From an uncultured Flavobacteriales bacterium (GTDB lineage Bacteria > Bacteroidota > Bacteroidia > Flavobacteriales_D > Parvicellaceae): DNA of 64,000 nt. Position 1 is the stretch's first letter; each line of letters opens with the position of its first letter. The stretch lies in assembly GCA_943788115.1 (NCBI GenBank), contig CALSPA010000016.1, positions 6,001 through 70,000 of the forward strand, written 5' to 3'. Position numbers and translations under genes: made by a program. The notes beneath the pieces were generated by a model. It saw only the letters and a program-made list of their open reading frames with translations. It did no database searches and had not been told where the DNA came from. This document shows, piece after piece, positions 48,531 through 57,076 of the stretch.

Positions 48531-48569
48531 TTAACACAGGGTTAACATATAAATAAAGAACAATTAACT
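48531..48569 (+). promoter_or_regulatory. phased TTAAC(A/T) hexamers (candidate response-regulator site)
   Basis: TTAACA at 48531, TTAACA at 48542 and TTAACT at 48564 give spacings of 11 and 22 nt. They lie in the divergent region between regulator copy 1 and the lipoprotein gene. Confidence 0.3.
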
Positions 48570-48652
48570 ATTAATAAAACAATCATAGCACCATGATTAT
48601 ATTTCTTTGTATCAAAAATTAATTACAACAAAAAAACAATAATAATTTAAAT

Positions 48653-49942
48653 ATGAAAATTTCAAAAATTCTATCTATTCTCTTCCTAACATCTATAACT
48701 TTTTTCAGTTGTAAAAAGGAAGGCTGCACAGACCCAACAGCTTTAAATTACAATGCCGAAGCCCAAAAAGATAATGGCAACTGTGAATACAATTCAGACG
48801 AATATACTCTTTCTGGTCAAATATCTTCTGACTTAACGTTAACTTCCGATAATATTTGGACACTTTCGGGAAGAGTTGTAGTTCCTTCCGGAGTTTCTTT
48901 AACTATTGAGGCTGGAACTATTATTAAGGCAATGCCTGGAACTGGGGCATCCGCTTCTACTTTAATCATTGCTAGAGGAGGTAAACTTTATGCAAATGGT
49001 ACCGCAGCTGCTCCAATTATCATGACATCTAATGCTGATGACATAACAATTGGTCAAACTCAAGGATCTTCATTAAACGTTAACGTTAGAGGACTATGGG
49101 GAGGGCTACTTATTTTAGGAAATGCACCATGCTCTTTTTCTGGAGACGTTACAGAGCTTCAAATTGAAGGTATTCCTGCTTCAGATGCCAATGGATTATA
49201 TGGTGGTAATGATGCTACAGATAATTCTGGAACAATTACTTTTGTTTCTATCCGTCATGGAGGTGCCGAAATTGGTGAAGGTAATGAAATCAACGGTTTA
49301 ACTCTAGGAGGAGTTGGTACAGGAACAACAATCAATAATATAGAAGTTGTTGCTAATGTAGACGATGGAATTGAATTCTTTGGTGGAACTGTGAACGCAT
49401 CTAACTTAATAGTTTGGGGCCAAGGAGATGATGGTTTGGACATTGACCAAGGATATTCTGGAACAATTGACAACTCAATGGTAATACTAAATGAAGCATC
49501 TGATCACGCTTTTGAAATTGATGGGCCTGAAGGTTCTGCAACTGGTTCATTCACTATTACAAACACTACTATAAAAGGTGCCGCTGATGGGTGTAACGCT
49601 GCTGGTGTTGATGGTGAAATGGCTGATTTCAGAAAAGGTGCTACAGGTATAACATCAAATATTTTAGCCATTGATTTCTCTTCAGGAAAAGACGTAGAAT
49701 TAGATTCACAGGAAGATGCCTTTTCATATTCAAATGGCAATCTAATATTTAATAATTGGGAGATAAAATGGATTGATGGATGCATAGGAGAAAATCTAAA
49801 TGAAATTTTTGATGACAAATCTGATTTAAGCACATTTGAAAATGATGCTTTTAATTTCGCTAATATTATAAACACTCCTTCTGTTGGGGCAGACAAATCA
49901 GTATTTTATTGGACATATACAAGTTTAAACAACAATCTTTAA
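48653..49942 (+). CDS. lipoprotein with Gly/Asp-rich beta-helix-like repeats
   Basis: Lipobox FFSC, followed by repeated GG..N/DDG motifs (VDDGIEFFGGTVNASN, GDDGLDIDQGYSG). It lies immediately upstream of a TonB-dependent receptor. Confidence 0.55.
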   Translation: MKISKILSILFLTSITFFSCKKEGCTDPTALNYNAEAQKDNGNCEYNSDEYTLSGQISSDLTLTSDNIWTLSGRVVVPSGVSLTIEAGTIIKAMPGTGASASTLIIARGGKLYANGTAAAPIIMTSNADDITIGQTQGSSLNVNVRGLWGGLLILGNAPCSFSGDVTELQIEGIPASDANGLYGGNDATDNSGTITFVSIRHGGAEIGEGNEINGLTLGGVGTGTTINNIEVVANVDDGIEFFGGTVNASNLIVWGQGDDGLDIDQGYSGTIDNSMVILNEASDHAFEIDGPEGSATGSFTITNTTIKGAADGCNAAGVDGEMADFRKGATGITSNILAIDFSSGKDVELDSQEDAFSYSNGNLIFNNWEIKWIDGCIGENLNEIFDDKSDLSTFENDAFNFANIINTPSVGADKSVFYWTYTSLNNNL

Positions 49943-49961
49943 ATTATAAATTTTAATTCGT

Positions 49962-49996
49962 AAAGCTGTCTTTTTAAAAATAGACAGCTTTTTTGT
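49962..49996 (+). terminator. rho-independent terminator-like hairpin
   Basis: Stem AAAGCTGTCT / AGACAGCTTT with a 10-nt loop and a following T-run. It ends 5 nt before the receptor start codon. Confidence 0.6.
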
Positions 49997-50000
49997 TTGT

Positions 50001-52874
50001 ATGGAAAAAAATATTCTAAACCTAATTACTATTTTATTAAGCATTAATATATATAGTCAATCATCAATTGTAGGATCTGTTATTGATGAAGAATTTAACG
50101 ACCCCATGCCCTATGCCAATGTCATAATAAAAGGCACCAGTAATGGGGTAACTACAGATTTTGATGGAAAATTTTCTTTAAATGTACAACCAGGCACCTA
50201 TACCCTGGTTTTTTCATTTGTAGGATACAACACCAAAGAAATAACAGAGATTAAAGTTAAAGAAAATGAAGTTAAAGAAGTTAATGTTAACCTATCTACA
50301 ACTTCAGTTGCAATGGATGAAGTTGTCATTTCTGTATCGGCTAAAAAGAATACCGAACAAGCTCTTCTTAAAATTCAAAAAAAATCCGCCAACTTAATGG
50401 ATGGTCTTTCCAGTGAAAATTTTAAAAAAGTTGGAGTTGGTGATTTGGCCAGTGCAGTTAAAAGAGCACCAGGAGTTTCTCTCCAAGGAGGAAAATATGT
50501 TTATGTTAGAGGTTTAGGAGACAGGTACACCAAATCCATTCTAAATGGATTAGATATTCCTGGTTTAGATCCAGACAGAAATACCATTCAAATGGATTTA
50601 TTTCCAACTAATATAATTGACAATGTACTTATTTTTAAATCTGCCACTGCAGATAAACCTGCAGACTTCACAGGAGGTATTGTAGATATTATTACTAAAG
50701 ACTTTCCAACTAAAAAAACAACCAGTATTTCCTTAAGTGCAGGGTACAATCCATCAATGCATTTTAATAGTGATTACCTTTCTTATGAGGGTGGTAAGAC
50801 AGACTTTTTAGGATTTGATGACGGTTCTAGAGCATTACCTTTAAATTATAATCTAAATGCCTATGTTGGTAACACATTGCAAGATTTAAATACTACAAAT
50901 AACTTAAACGCCAATCTTCCAAATGTTACACCTTCAGATTACGAAGCCATAAATACTTTATCTTCTAGTTTTAATCCCAACATGTCTGCATTAAGAACCA
51001 CAAGCTTAATAAATGGAGGGTTTGGATTTTCTTCTGGTAATCAATATGATATAGGCGAAAATAAATTGGGTGTACTTGGCTCAATTTCTTATAAAAACTC
51101 AACTGAATTTTATAAAGATGCACAAAACAACTTTTTTAACAGAAGCACCAACACTGCCGTTTATGAGCTAGACACCAATAGAGCTCAAAAAGGTGATCTT
51201 GGAATAAACAATGTAATAATTAGTGGTCTTCTTGGTGTGTCTTACAAAACCGAAAAATCAAAATATAAAATTAATCTTCTTCATATTCAAAATGGAGAAA
51301 GCAAAGCTGGTAACTTTAGACAACAAACTAGATTTTCTGATTTTATTGATTTAAACAAAGATAATCTGGAATACACAGAACGTTCCATTTCTAATATATT
51401 ATTTGCTGGAACACATAAAAACAAAGACAATAGCTTAACAACGGAATGGAAATTCGCTCCTACCCTTTCTAGAATTCACGATAAAGACATAAGAACCTCT
51501 ACTTTCCAAGATGAAGATGGAATCTACAGTTTTCAAGAAAACACGGAGCCTAAAAGAATATGGAGATACCTCAATGAGATTAATCTTGTTTCTAGGATAG
51601 ATTTCACTAAAACCTATAAATTATTTGATGAAAAATCTAAATTTAAATTTGGGGCATTAGGGTCATACAAATCAAGAGATTTTTCTATTGCTCAGTTTTC
51701 TGTTAGTTCCACATATACTTCAGTAAATGATTGGAGCAACTACAATGGTGTTGCCGACAACATATTCTCTTCAACGAATTTAGTTTCTGCTAATTCATCA
51801 AATGGAACATTCATAAACCCCAACACAACCATCATTGAAGGCTCAAGAAAATTTGAATCTCAAAAAACCAATTTCGCTGGATATGTCTCTAATGAGGTGA
51901 AACTTTTTGGAGTACTAAGAACAGTAATGGGACTTAGAACCGAACTGTTTGACATGTACTACACTGGAAAAAATACTGCTGGAACAGAAACATATAATAG
52001 TGAAAATGTAATTAGAAAAATAGACTTATTTCCTTCTCTAAATTTAATTTATCAGCTATCTGAAGATGCGAATTTAAGAACATCTTATTCAAGAACAACA
52101 GCAAGACCTTCTTTCAAAGAGGCTTCAATAGCAGAAATTTATGATCCACTATCTAACATGACCTTCATTGGAAATATTGATATTAAACCTTCTTACATTC
52201 AAAATTTAGATCTTAGATATGAATTTTTTGGTGAAAGTGCTCAAATGATTGCACTAAGTGGATTCTATAAGTTTTTTAAAGATCCTATTGAAATGACCTA
52301 TTTTGAATCCGCACCTACTAACTTAACTCCAAAAAATTTAGGTGAAGCATCAGTATATGGGATAGAGCTAGAAGTACGGAAAAACTTTGGATTTATTTCT
52401 AAAAAATTAGAAAACATCGAGCTTAATGTAAATGGTTCACTTATAGAATCTGCATTGAAATTTAGTGAAATTGAATACAACCTTAGATTTGCTGGTTTAA
52501 GAGAAGGAGAAACTTTAGGAAACACCAGGCCGCTACAAGGTCAATCTCCATTTCTAGTTAATATTGGATTAAACTATGGTAATTCGCTAAAAGGGCTTCA
52601 ATTTGGATTATTTTACAATGTTCAAGGGAAAACACTTCAAGTTGTTGGTACAGGATTCTATCCCGATGTGTATACAATGCCTTTTCATAGCTTGAATTTC
52701 AATCTGAATAAAACACTTGGAAAGGAAAGAAGATCAACCATAAACTTTAGAATAAATAATTTACTTGATGACGAAAAAGAAAGTCGTTTTCAATCTTATT
52801 TAGCATCTGATCAATTCTTTACTTTAAGGAAACCAGGAAGATTAATTTCAATAGGTTATAATTACAAGTTTTAA
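50001..52874 (+). CDS. TonB-dependent receptor with CarboxypepD_reg N-terminal domain
   Basis: GSVIDEEFNDPMPYANVIIKGTSNGVTTDFDGKFSL, plug motifs, a long beta-barrel and a terminal ...GYNYKF. Confidence 0.9.
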   Translation: MEKNILNLITILLSINIYSQSSIVGSVIDEEFNDPMPYANVIIKGTSNGVTTDFDGKFSLNVQPGTYTLVFSFVGYNTKEITEIKVKENEVKEVNVNLSTTSVAMDEVVISVSAKKNTEQALLKIQKKSANLMDGLSSENFKKVGVGDLASAVKRAPGVSLQGGKYVYVRGLGDRYTKSILNGLDIPGLDPDRNTIQMDLFPTNIIDNVLIFKSATADKPADFTGGIVDIITKDFPTKKTTSISLSAGYNPSMHFNSDYLSYEGGKTDFLGFDDGSRALPLNYNLNAYVGNTLQDLNTTNNLNANLPNVTPSDYEAINTLSSSFNPNMSALRTTSLINGGFGFSSGNQYDIGENKLGVLGSISYKNSTEFYKDAQNNFFNRSTNTAVYELDTNRAQKGDLGINNVIISGLLGVSYKTEKSKYKINLLHIQNGESKAGNFRQQTRFSDFIDLNKDNLEYTERSISNILFAGTHKNKDNSLTTEWKFAPTLSRIHDKDIRTSTFQDEDGIYSFQENTEPKRIWRYLNEINLVSRIDFTKTYKLFDEKSKFKFGALGSYKSRDFSIAQFSVSSTYTSVNDWSNYNGVADNIFSSTNLVSANSSNGTFINPNTTIIEGSRKFESQKTNFAGYVSNEVKLFGVLRTVMGLRTELFDMYYTGKNTAGTETYNSENVIRKIDLFPSLNLIYQLSEDANLRTSYSRTTARPSFKEASIAEIYDPLSNMTFIGNIDIKPSYIQNLDLRYEFFGESAQMIALSGFYKFFKDPIEMTYFESAPTNLTPKNLGEASVYGIELEVRKNFGFISKKLENIELNVNGSLIESALKFSEIEYNLRFAGLREGETLGNTRPLQGQSPFLVNIGLNYGNSLKGLQFGLFYNVQGKTLQVVGTGFYPDVYTMPFHSLNFNLNKTLGKERRSTINFRINNLLDDEKESRFQSYLASDQFFTLRKPGRLISIGYNYKF

Positions 52875-52891
52875 ACTTTTATTGTTTTTTG

Positions 52892-53163
52892 TTCCACCAA
52901 GTAATTTCCTTATATCTCCCTTTATAGCTTTTATGGATGAAAATCCAAGTTTTACTCCAGAATTAAAGGAAGTGAAGCAAATCTTAGAAATTGATCTAGA
53001 TGAATTATTAAGAGAGGATGTAATTCAGGAAAAAGAGATGGTTGTAGGTAAAAATACTGGAAATGCAATGAAAATAAAGGTTCCCTATATGGATCTACAC
53101 CACCATACAGTTTGGGGTGCAACGGGTGTAATACTTTCCGAATTTAGAGATTTAATTATTTAG
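52892..53163 (+). pseudogene. 3' fragment of a NUDIX hydrolase gene (duplicate of residues ~121-210 of 47145..47777)
   Basis: PPSNFLISPFIAFMDENPSFTPELKEV...SEFRDLII matches the full-length copy, with one amino-acid difference noted (I->T). It has no Nudix box and no plausible start. Confidence 0.85.
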
Positions 53164-53819
53164 TTTATAACCAACTCCTTTAATAGTTTTAATATAATGA
53201 TCACCTATTTTTTCTCTAAGCTTTCTTATGTGAACGTCTATTGTTCGATCCCCAACTACAATATCATCACCCCAAACTTTTGCGAGTATTGTTTCTCTGG
53301 TAAAAACATTTCCGGGTTTAGAAAATAGCAAAGCTAAAAGCTCAAACTCTTTTTTTGGAAGAGTCATCTCTTTACCACTACAAATAGCAATATATTTTTC
53401 TCTATTAATCTCTAGAGACATTTTGTCGCTTTTAACAACTTGATTTAAACTAGATCGTCTTAACAAGGCTTTTACTCTACTAACTAAAACACGTGGCTTA
53501 ATAGGTTTAGTAATGTAATCATCTGCTCCAGAATCTAACCCAGCAACTTGAGAATAGTCTTCTCCTCTTGCAGACAAAAAAGCAATAATAGAACTCTTCA
53601 GCACCTTATCTTTTCTTAGCTCGATACATGTTTCAATACCATCCATTTCGGGCATCATAACATCTAATAAAATTAAATCTGGAATGAATGACTTGGCCTC
53701 TGAAAGACATTCTAACCCATTGCTTGCTGTTTTAACTAAATAACCTTCTTTTTCTAAATGGTATTTAATTATTTCAATAATATCAGGCTCATCATCTACC
53801 AATAGAATTTTAGGAATAT
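52892..53819. repeat. direct repeat copy A2 (~0.93 kb)
   Basis: See copy A1. Same orientation, beginning 18 nt after the TonB receptor stop. Confidence 0.9.
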
Positions 53820-53844
53820 ATTTTTCTTGTTGTTGTTTACTCAT
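53152..53844 (-). CDS. OmpR/PhoB-family response regulator, copy 2
   Basis: Amino-acid sequence is identical to copy 1 from PKILLVDDEP to the C-terminus. Only the first ~11 residues differ (MSKQQQEKYI vs MEAKNKENQTM). The start is 4 nt after the stop of the Fur-family gene. Confidence 0.9.
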   Translation of the reverse strand: MSKQQQEKYIPKILLVDDEPDIIEIIKYHLEKEGYLVKTASNGLECLSEAKSFIPDLILLDVMMPEMDGIETCIELRKDKVLKSSIIAFLSARGEDYSQVAGLDSGADDYITKPIKPRVLVSRVKALLRRSSLNQVVKSDKMSLEINREKYIAICSGKEMTLPKKEFELLALLFSKPGNVFTRETILAKVWGDDIVVGDRTIDVHIRKLREKIGDHYIKTIKGVGYKLNN

Positions 53845-53848
53845 CTAA

Positions 53849-54289
53849 TTAACTAACACTAGAATTTGAAATAGTTTTACAACAGCCATCACATACTCCC
53901 TCAATGTTAATAGAAACTTTATGAATTTCGTGGTTAGGCAATGAAATTTGAGATGAATTGTTTACTTCTTTACAAGAAATAATATTGCACTTTAAACATT
54001 TAAAATGGATGTGTTCATGATGATGCTGATGTTCTTCACATGTTACCCCACAAATAGCGTAATATATTTCGTTGTTTTCTTGAAAAGCCTTATGAATAAT
54101 CCCTTTTTCTTTTAATATTTCTAAAGTTCTATATAAGGTAACCCTATCAATTGGATTCAATTGATTTTGAATTGTAGAATGACTCATAGCAGAGCCATAC
54201 TTATCCATTTCACTTAATAAATTAAGTCTAGTAGGTGTAACTTTTAGCTTTCTTTTTTGAAGTAATTCTCTAATTTGAGTAGTATTCAT
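53849..54289 (-). CDS. Fur-family metalloregulator (Zur/Fur-like)
   Basis: LKVTPTRLNLL, VTLYRTLEILKEKGII, CEEHQHHHEHIHFKCLKCN and C-terminal CDGCC metal-site motifs. Confidence 0.8.
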   Translation of the reverse strand: MNTTQIRELLQKRKLKVTPTRLNLLSEMDKYGSAMSHSTIQNQLNPIDRVTLYRTLEILKEKGIIHKAFQENNEIYYAICGVTCEEHQHHHEHIHFKCLKCNIISCKEVNNSSQISLPNHEIHKVSINIEGVCDGCCKTISNSSVS

Positions 54290-54338
54290 ATAAACAAAGA
54301 AATTAAAATTTAAGAAAAAGTCAAGCTAAATTTTAAAG

Positions 54339-54379
54339 TAAAAAAAAGTCACCTCAACAATTAAAGCTAAGGTGACTTT
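54339..54379 (-). terminator. rho-independent terminator after the 80-aa gene
   Basis: The minus strand reads AAAGTCACCT, a 15-nt loop, AGGTGACTTT, then a run of T. Confidence 0.65.
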
Positions 54380-54396
54380 ATTAATCATTGAAATAT

Positions 54397-54639
54397 TTAA
54401 TGATCTTCACCACAGTGAACAGTACGTACTGTTCCAGTTGAATCTGATGGTATCACGTAACCGTTAGCTTCAATTGCTTCAAGTTCATCTCCACAATATT
54501 CTCCAAGTTCTACTTCACCACCATTATAATCATAATGACATTCATGACATTTATTACAAGAAATAAATCCAAAAAGTGAAACTGCTGCAAATAAAATTCC
54601 TAATTTTTTCATTGTATTTATTTTTTTATTTAGGTTCAT
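54397..54639 (-). CDS. small Cys/His-rich lipoprotein
   Basis: The likely start is the internal MKKLGILFAAVSLFGFISC (54612) with a lipobox. The mature ~50 aa contains CHECH and ends VHCGEDH. It lies directly downstream of a His-rich TonB receptor. Confidence 0.55.
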   Translation of the reverse strand: MNLNKKINTMKKLGILFAAVSLFGFISCNKCHECHYDYNGGEVELGEYCGDELEAIEANGYVIPSDSTGTVRTVHCGEDH

Positions 54640-54719
54640 ATTAATTAAGGTTTAATTTGAAGAGAATCATTGAACCCTTTTGAGATTCTTTTCAAACAAT
54701 ATTTTTTTAAAGAATAAGA

Positions 54720-56948
54720 TTAACTTTTTGAAATCATAAAGTTTAATTTTATGTAAAAGTTTCTATCAGGATTAGCTATTTCATAGGGCTTAAGTCTAGA
54801 TAGATGGTCAATGTATTTTGCATTTAGTAAATTATTAACACCAAATGAAAAGTCAATTTTATGTTTAGTTAATAAAGAACCGTTGCAACCTAAGTTTATC
54901 AATTGATATGCATCACTTGTTTGTTCGTAAATAGCAACTTTATTTTGCTCAAAGAAGTATACATACTGAGCAGATAAGCTGTTAATCTTTAGATTTTTAT
55001 CACTATTAAAGTCCACTTTTACAATGTTGTTTATCCTGTTTTGAGGAGTAAACGGAAGAGAATTATTAGAAATATCTTGTGCAGATAATAGAGAAAAATT
55101 ACTTTCTAGATGTAGCCAATGTGCTATGTGTGGATGATAATGTATGGCAATGTCACCTCCTGAGAGAAGGGCATCAGTTTGTTTAATATTAAATAATGGT
55201 AGACCTGATGTTGAATCTGTATTCCCTGTTGGATCTTTAAATACGAAATTATTTATTTGGTTAATGAAAGGATTAATGACAATTTCTAGGTGGTCAAAGT
55301 GGCTACCAAAATAAAAATCAATTTGGTTGGCTCTTTCAGAATCTAAATTAACATCTCCAATTAAATACTGCATTGTTGCATGGTGAACACCATTTGCAAG
55401 TAATTCAGAAACATGAGGGGGTCTAAAGCCAGAAGAAGCATTTAACCTGGTTGTAAAATTTTTGGAGGACCTAGATATACCAGCAGAATAGTTAACTCCA
55501 CTAAAAGTTTTTGCAAATGGATCAACTGATTCTAGCGTAGTAACACTTCGTTGGTCGTATCGAGCTCCTGCCTGAATGTTCCAAATATTAAAAGTTCCTT
55601 TAAGTAAAGAAAATGCACCTAAATCAACAAAGTCTGCATTGGGAACTAAAACTTCTTCAGCATAACGCCCATTGGTGTTGCTTTGAAACATACCTTGAGA
55701 TCCTGAAACAAGCTCAAAATGTTTGTTGAATTGATGTTTCCATCGAAGATTGTACGAATAGTTTTGTAGGGTCATATCAATACCTGCAACAGAAACTTTT
55801 TCTCCATATTCTTTCAACTCATTGGAAGTGAAACCAAGCTGAGCGACCAACTCATCATTTTTAAAGTAAATTTTATTTTCCCACTGAGCTAAATGATTGG
55901 TGATTTTTTGAGCAGGAATATTGTAAGATCTAGATTGATTATCGTTAAGAAAGCTTGAAACATCCGGATTTGCATCATGAGTATGTCCAGGAAGGCCATT
56001 TTGAAAATATAATAGTTGGTATCTAAAATTGGTAATCCAGTTTTTTTTATTGTAACCAATTGCAGTTTTTACAGAGCCACCACTATTTTTTGAATTGGTA
56101 ACAAATTGATTGCCTGGAATACCGTAGTCAGCTCTATTAAAATAGCCTCCGTAAACAGCAAATCGCAGTTTGTTTTTTGAAGATTTATAGGAAATATTAT
56201 TTACAGTAGCCAAGGAGTTAGTTTCAAACTTCGAATTCATTTTAAACTCTGATTCGTTGGCATTAGCATAGGGTTCGTCTCCAACATAAATCACACCCCC
56301 AAGAGCATCAGCACCATATATTAGGGAGCTAGGGCCTTTAATCACTTCTACCCTATCAATCCCTAAGTTAAATAACGCAAAGCCATGATCTGCACCCCAT
56401 TGTTGATTTTCTATACGTAATCCGTTTAATGAAGTAAGTACACGCATTCCTGAAAGTCCTCTAATAACGGGTTTTGCTATTCCATTTCCGGTAGACTGAT
56501 TGTAAATTCCAGGCATGTTGGATAACGCATCAACTAGGTTAGTATTTTCAATCTTGTTCAAATCAGCAATCTTTCTAGAGTCTATTGGAAAAGTACTGTA
56601 ACGTTGCAGTTTGGAATCTGAAGTAGATATTATAACTTCATCTAAATGAATGTGCGCAAGCTCTAATTCAACAATGATATCAGTGTTAGGGTTATCTACT
56701 TCTATCATTTTACTTTCGTATTCAGAAGCAGATATTTGCAATGTCATTTGATTATTTATAACATTTTCCAGCTCCCAGTTACCGTTACTATCAGCAATTG
56801 CTCCGTTTTGTGTTTCTATACAATATATTTTAGCAAAGGGTAGTCCTTCACAAGAATTTAAATCTAGAATAGAACCTTTAATATTTTGGGCATTTCCGTA
56901 ATGAAAAACAAATAAAGTAAAAAAGATAAATAATAAATTTTTGGTCAT
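54720..56948 (-). CDS. TonB-dependent receptor with CarboxypepD_reg domain and His-rich loops
   Basis: GSILDLNSCEGLPFAKIY, plug motif VEVIKGPSSLIYGADALGGVI and His-rich segments (LPGHTHD, IAIHYHPHIAHWLHLE). Confidence 0.9.
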   Translation of the reverse strand: MTKNLLFIFFTLFVFHYGNAQNIKGSILDLNSCEGLPFAKIYCIETQNGAIADSNGNWELENVINNQMTLQISASEYESKMIEVDNPNTDIIVELELAHIHLDEVIISTSDSKLQRYSTFPIDSRKIADLNKIENTNLVDALSNMPGIYNQSTGNGIAKPVIRGLSGMRVLTSLNGLRIENQQWGADHGFALFNLGIDRVEVIKGPSSLIYGADALGGVIYVGDEPYANANESEFKMNSKFETNSLATVNNISYKSSKNKLRFAVYGGYFNRADYGIPGNQFVTNSKNSGGSVKTAIGYNKKNWITNFRYQLLYFQNGLPGHTHDANPDVSSFLNDNQSRSYNIPAQKITNHLAQWENKIYFKNDELVAQLGFTSNELKEYGEKVSVAGIDMTLQNYSYNLRWKHQFNKHFELVSGSQGMFQSNTNGRYAEEVLVPNADFVDLGAFSLLKGTFNIWNIQAGARYDQRSVTTLESVDPFAKTFSGVNYSAGISRSSKNFTTRLNASSGFRPPHVSELLANGVHHATMQYLIGDVNLDSERANQIDFYFGSHFDHLEIVINPFINQINNFVFKDPTGNTDSTSGLPLFNIKQTDALLSGGDIAIHYHPHIAHWLHLESNFSLLSAQDISNNSLPFTPQNRINNIVKVDFNSDKNLKINSLSAQYVYFFEQNKVAIYEQTSDAYQLINLGCNGSLLTKHKIDFSFGVNNLLNAKYIDHLSRLKPYEIANPDRNFYIKLNFMISKS

Positions 56949-56980
56949 TATAATTGCTTTTAAATCAATAACGCTGCAAA

Positions 56981-57021
56981 TATATAATTTAAATGCAACA
57001 ATGATGCATTTAAATTATATA
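56981..57021. promoter_or_regulatory. perfect 17-bp inverted repeat (candidate metalloregulator operator)
   Basis: TATATAATTTAAATGCA, a 7-nt spacer (acaatga), then TGCATTTAAATTATATA. It lies 33-73 nt upstream of the receptor start at 56948. Confidence 0.45.
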
Positions 57022-57076
57022 ACAAAAAAAAGAATCTTAAACAAAGACCCTTTTTAATTTGAAATATTTTTTGTAA

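Noticed and set aside
49255-49896. 72-aa and 130-aa minus-strand ORFs
   Set aside because: They are antisense to the Gly/Asp-rich lipoprotein gene. The Pro/Ser-rich translation is the expected mirror of that gene's codons.
47506-53819. Composite transposon or IS-flanked element
   Set aside because: The repeats encode a regulator and a NUDIX fragment, not a transposase. I saw no terminal inverted repeats or target-site duplication. The region is therefore reported as a recombination-derived direct repeat instead.
56981-57021. The 17-bp inverted repeat as a simple terminator of the porin gene
   Set aside because: This is not excluded. On the minus strand the hairpin is followed by only TTT and is preceded, not followed, by the long T-run. 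It also sits at operator distance from the receptor start. The operator interpretation is therefore reported, with this alternative stated.
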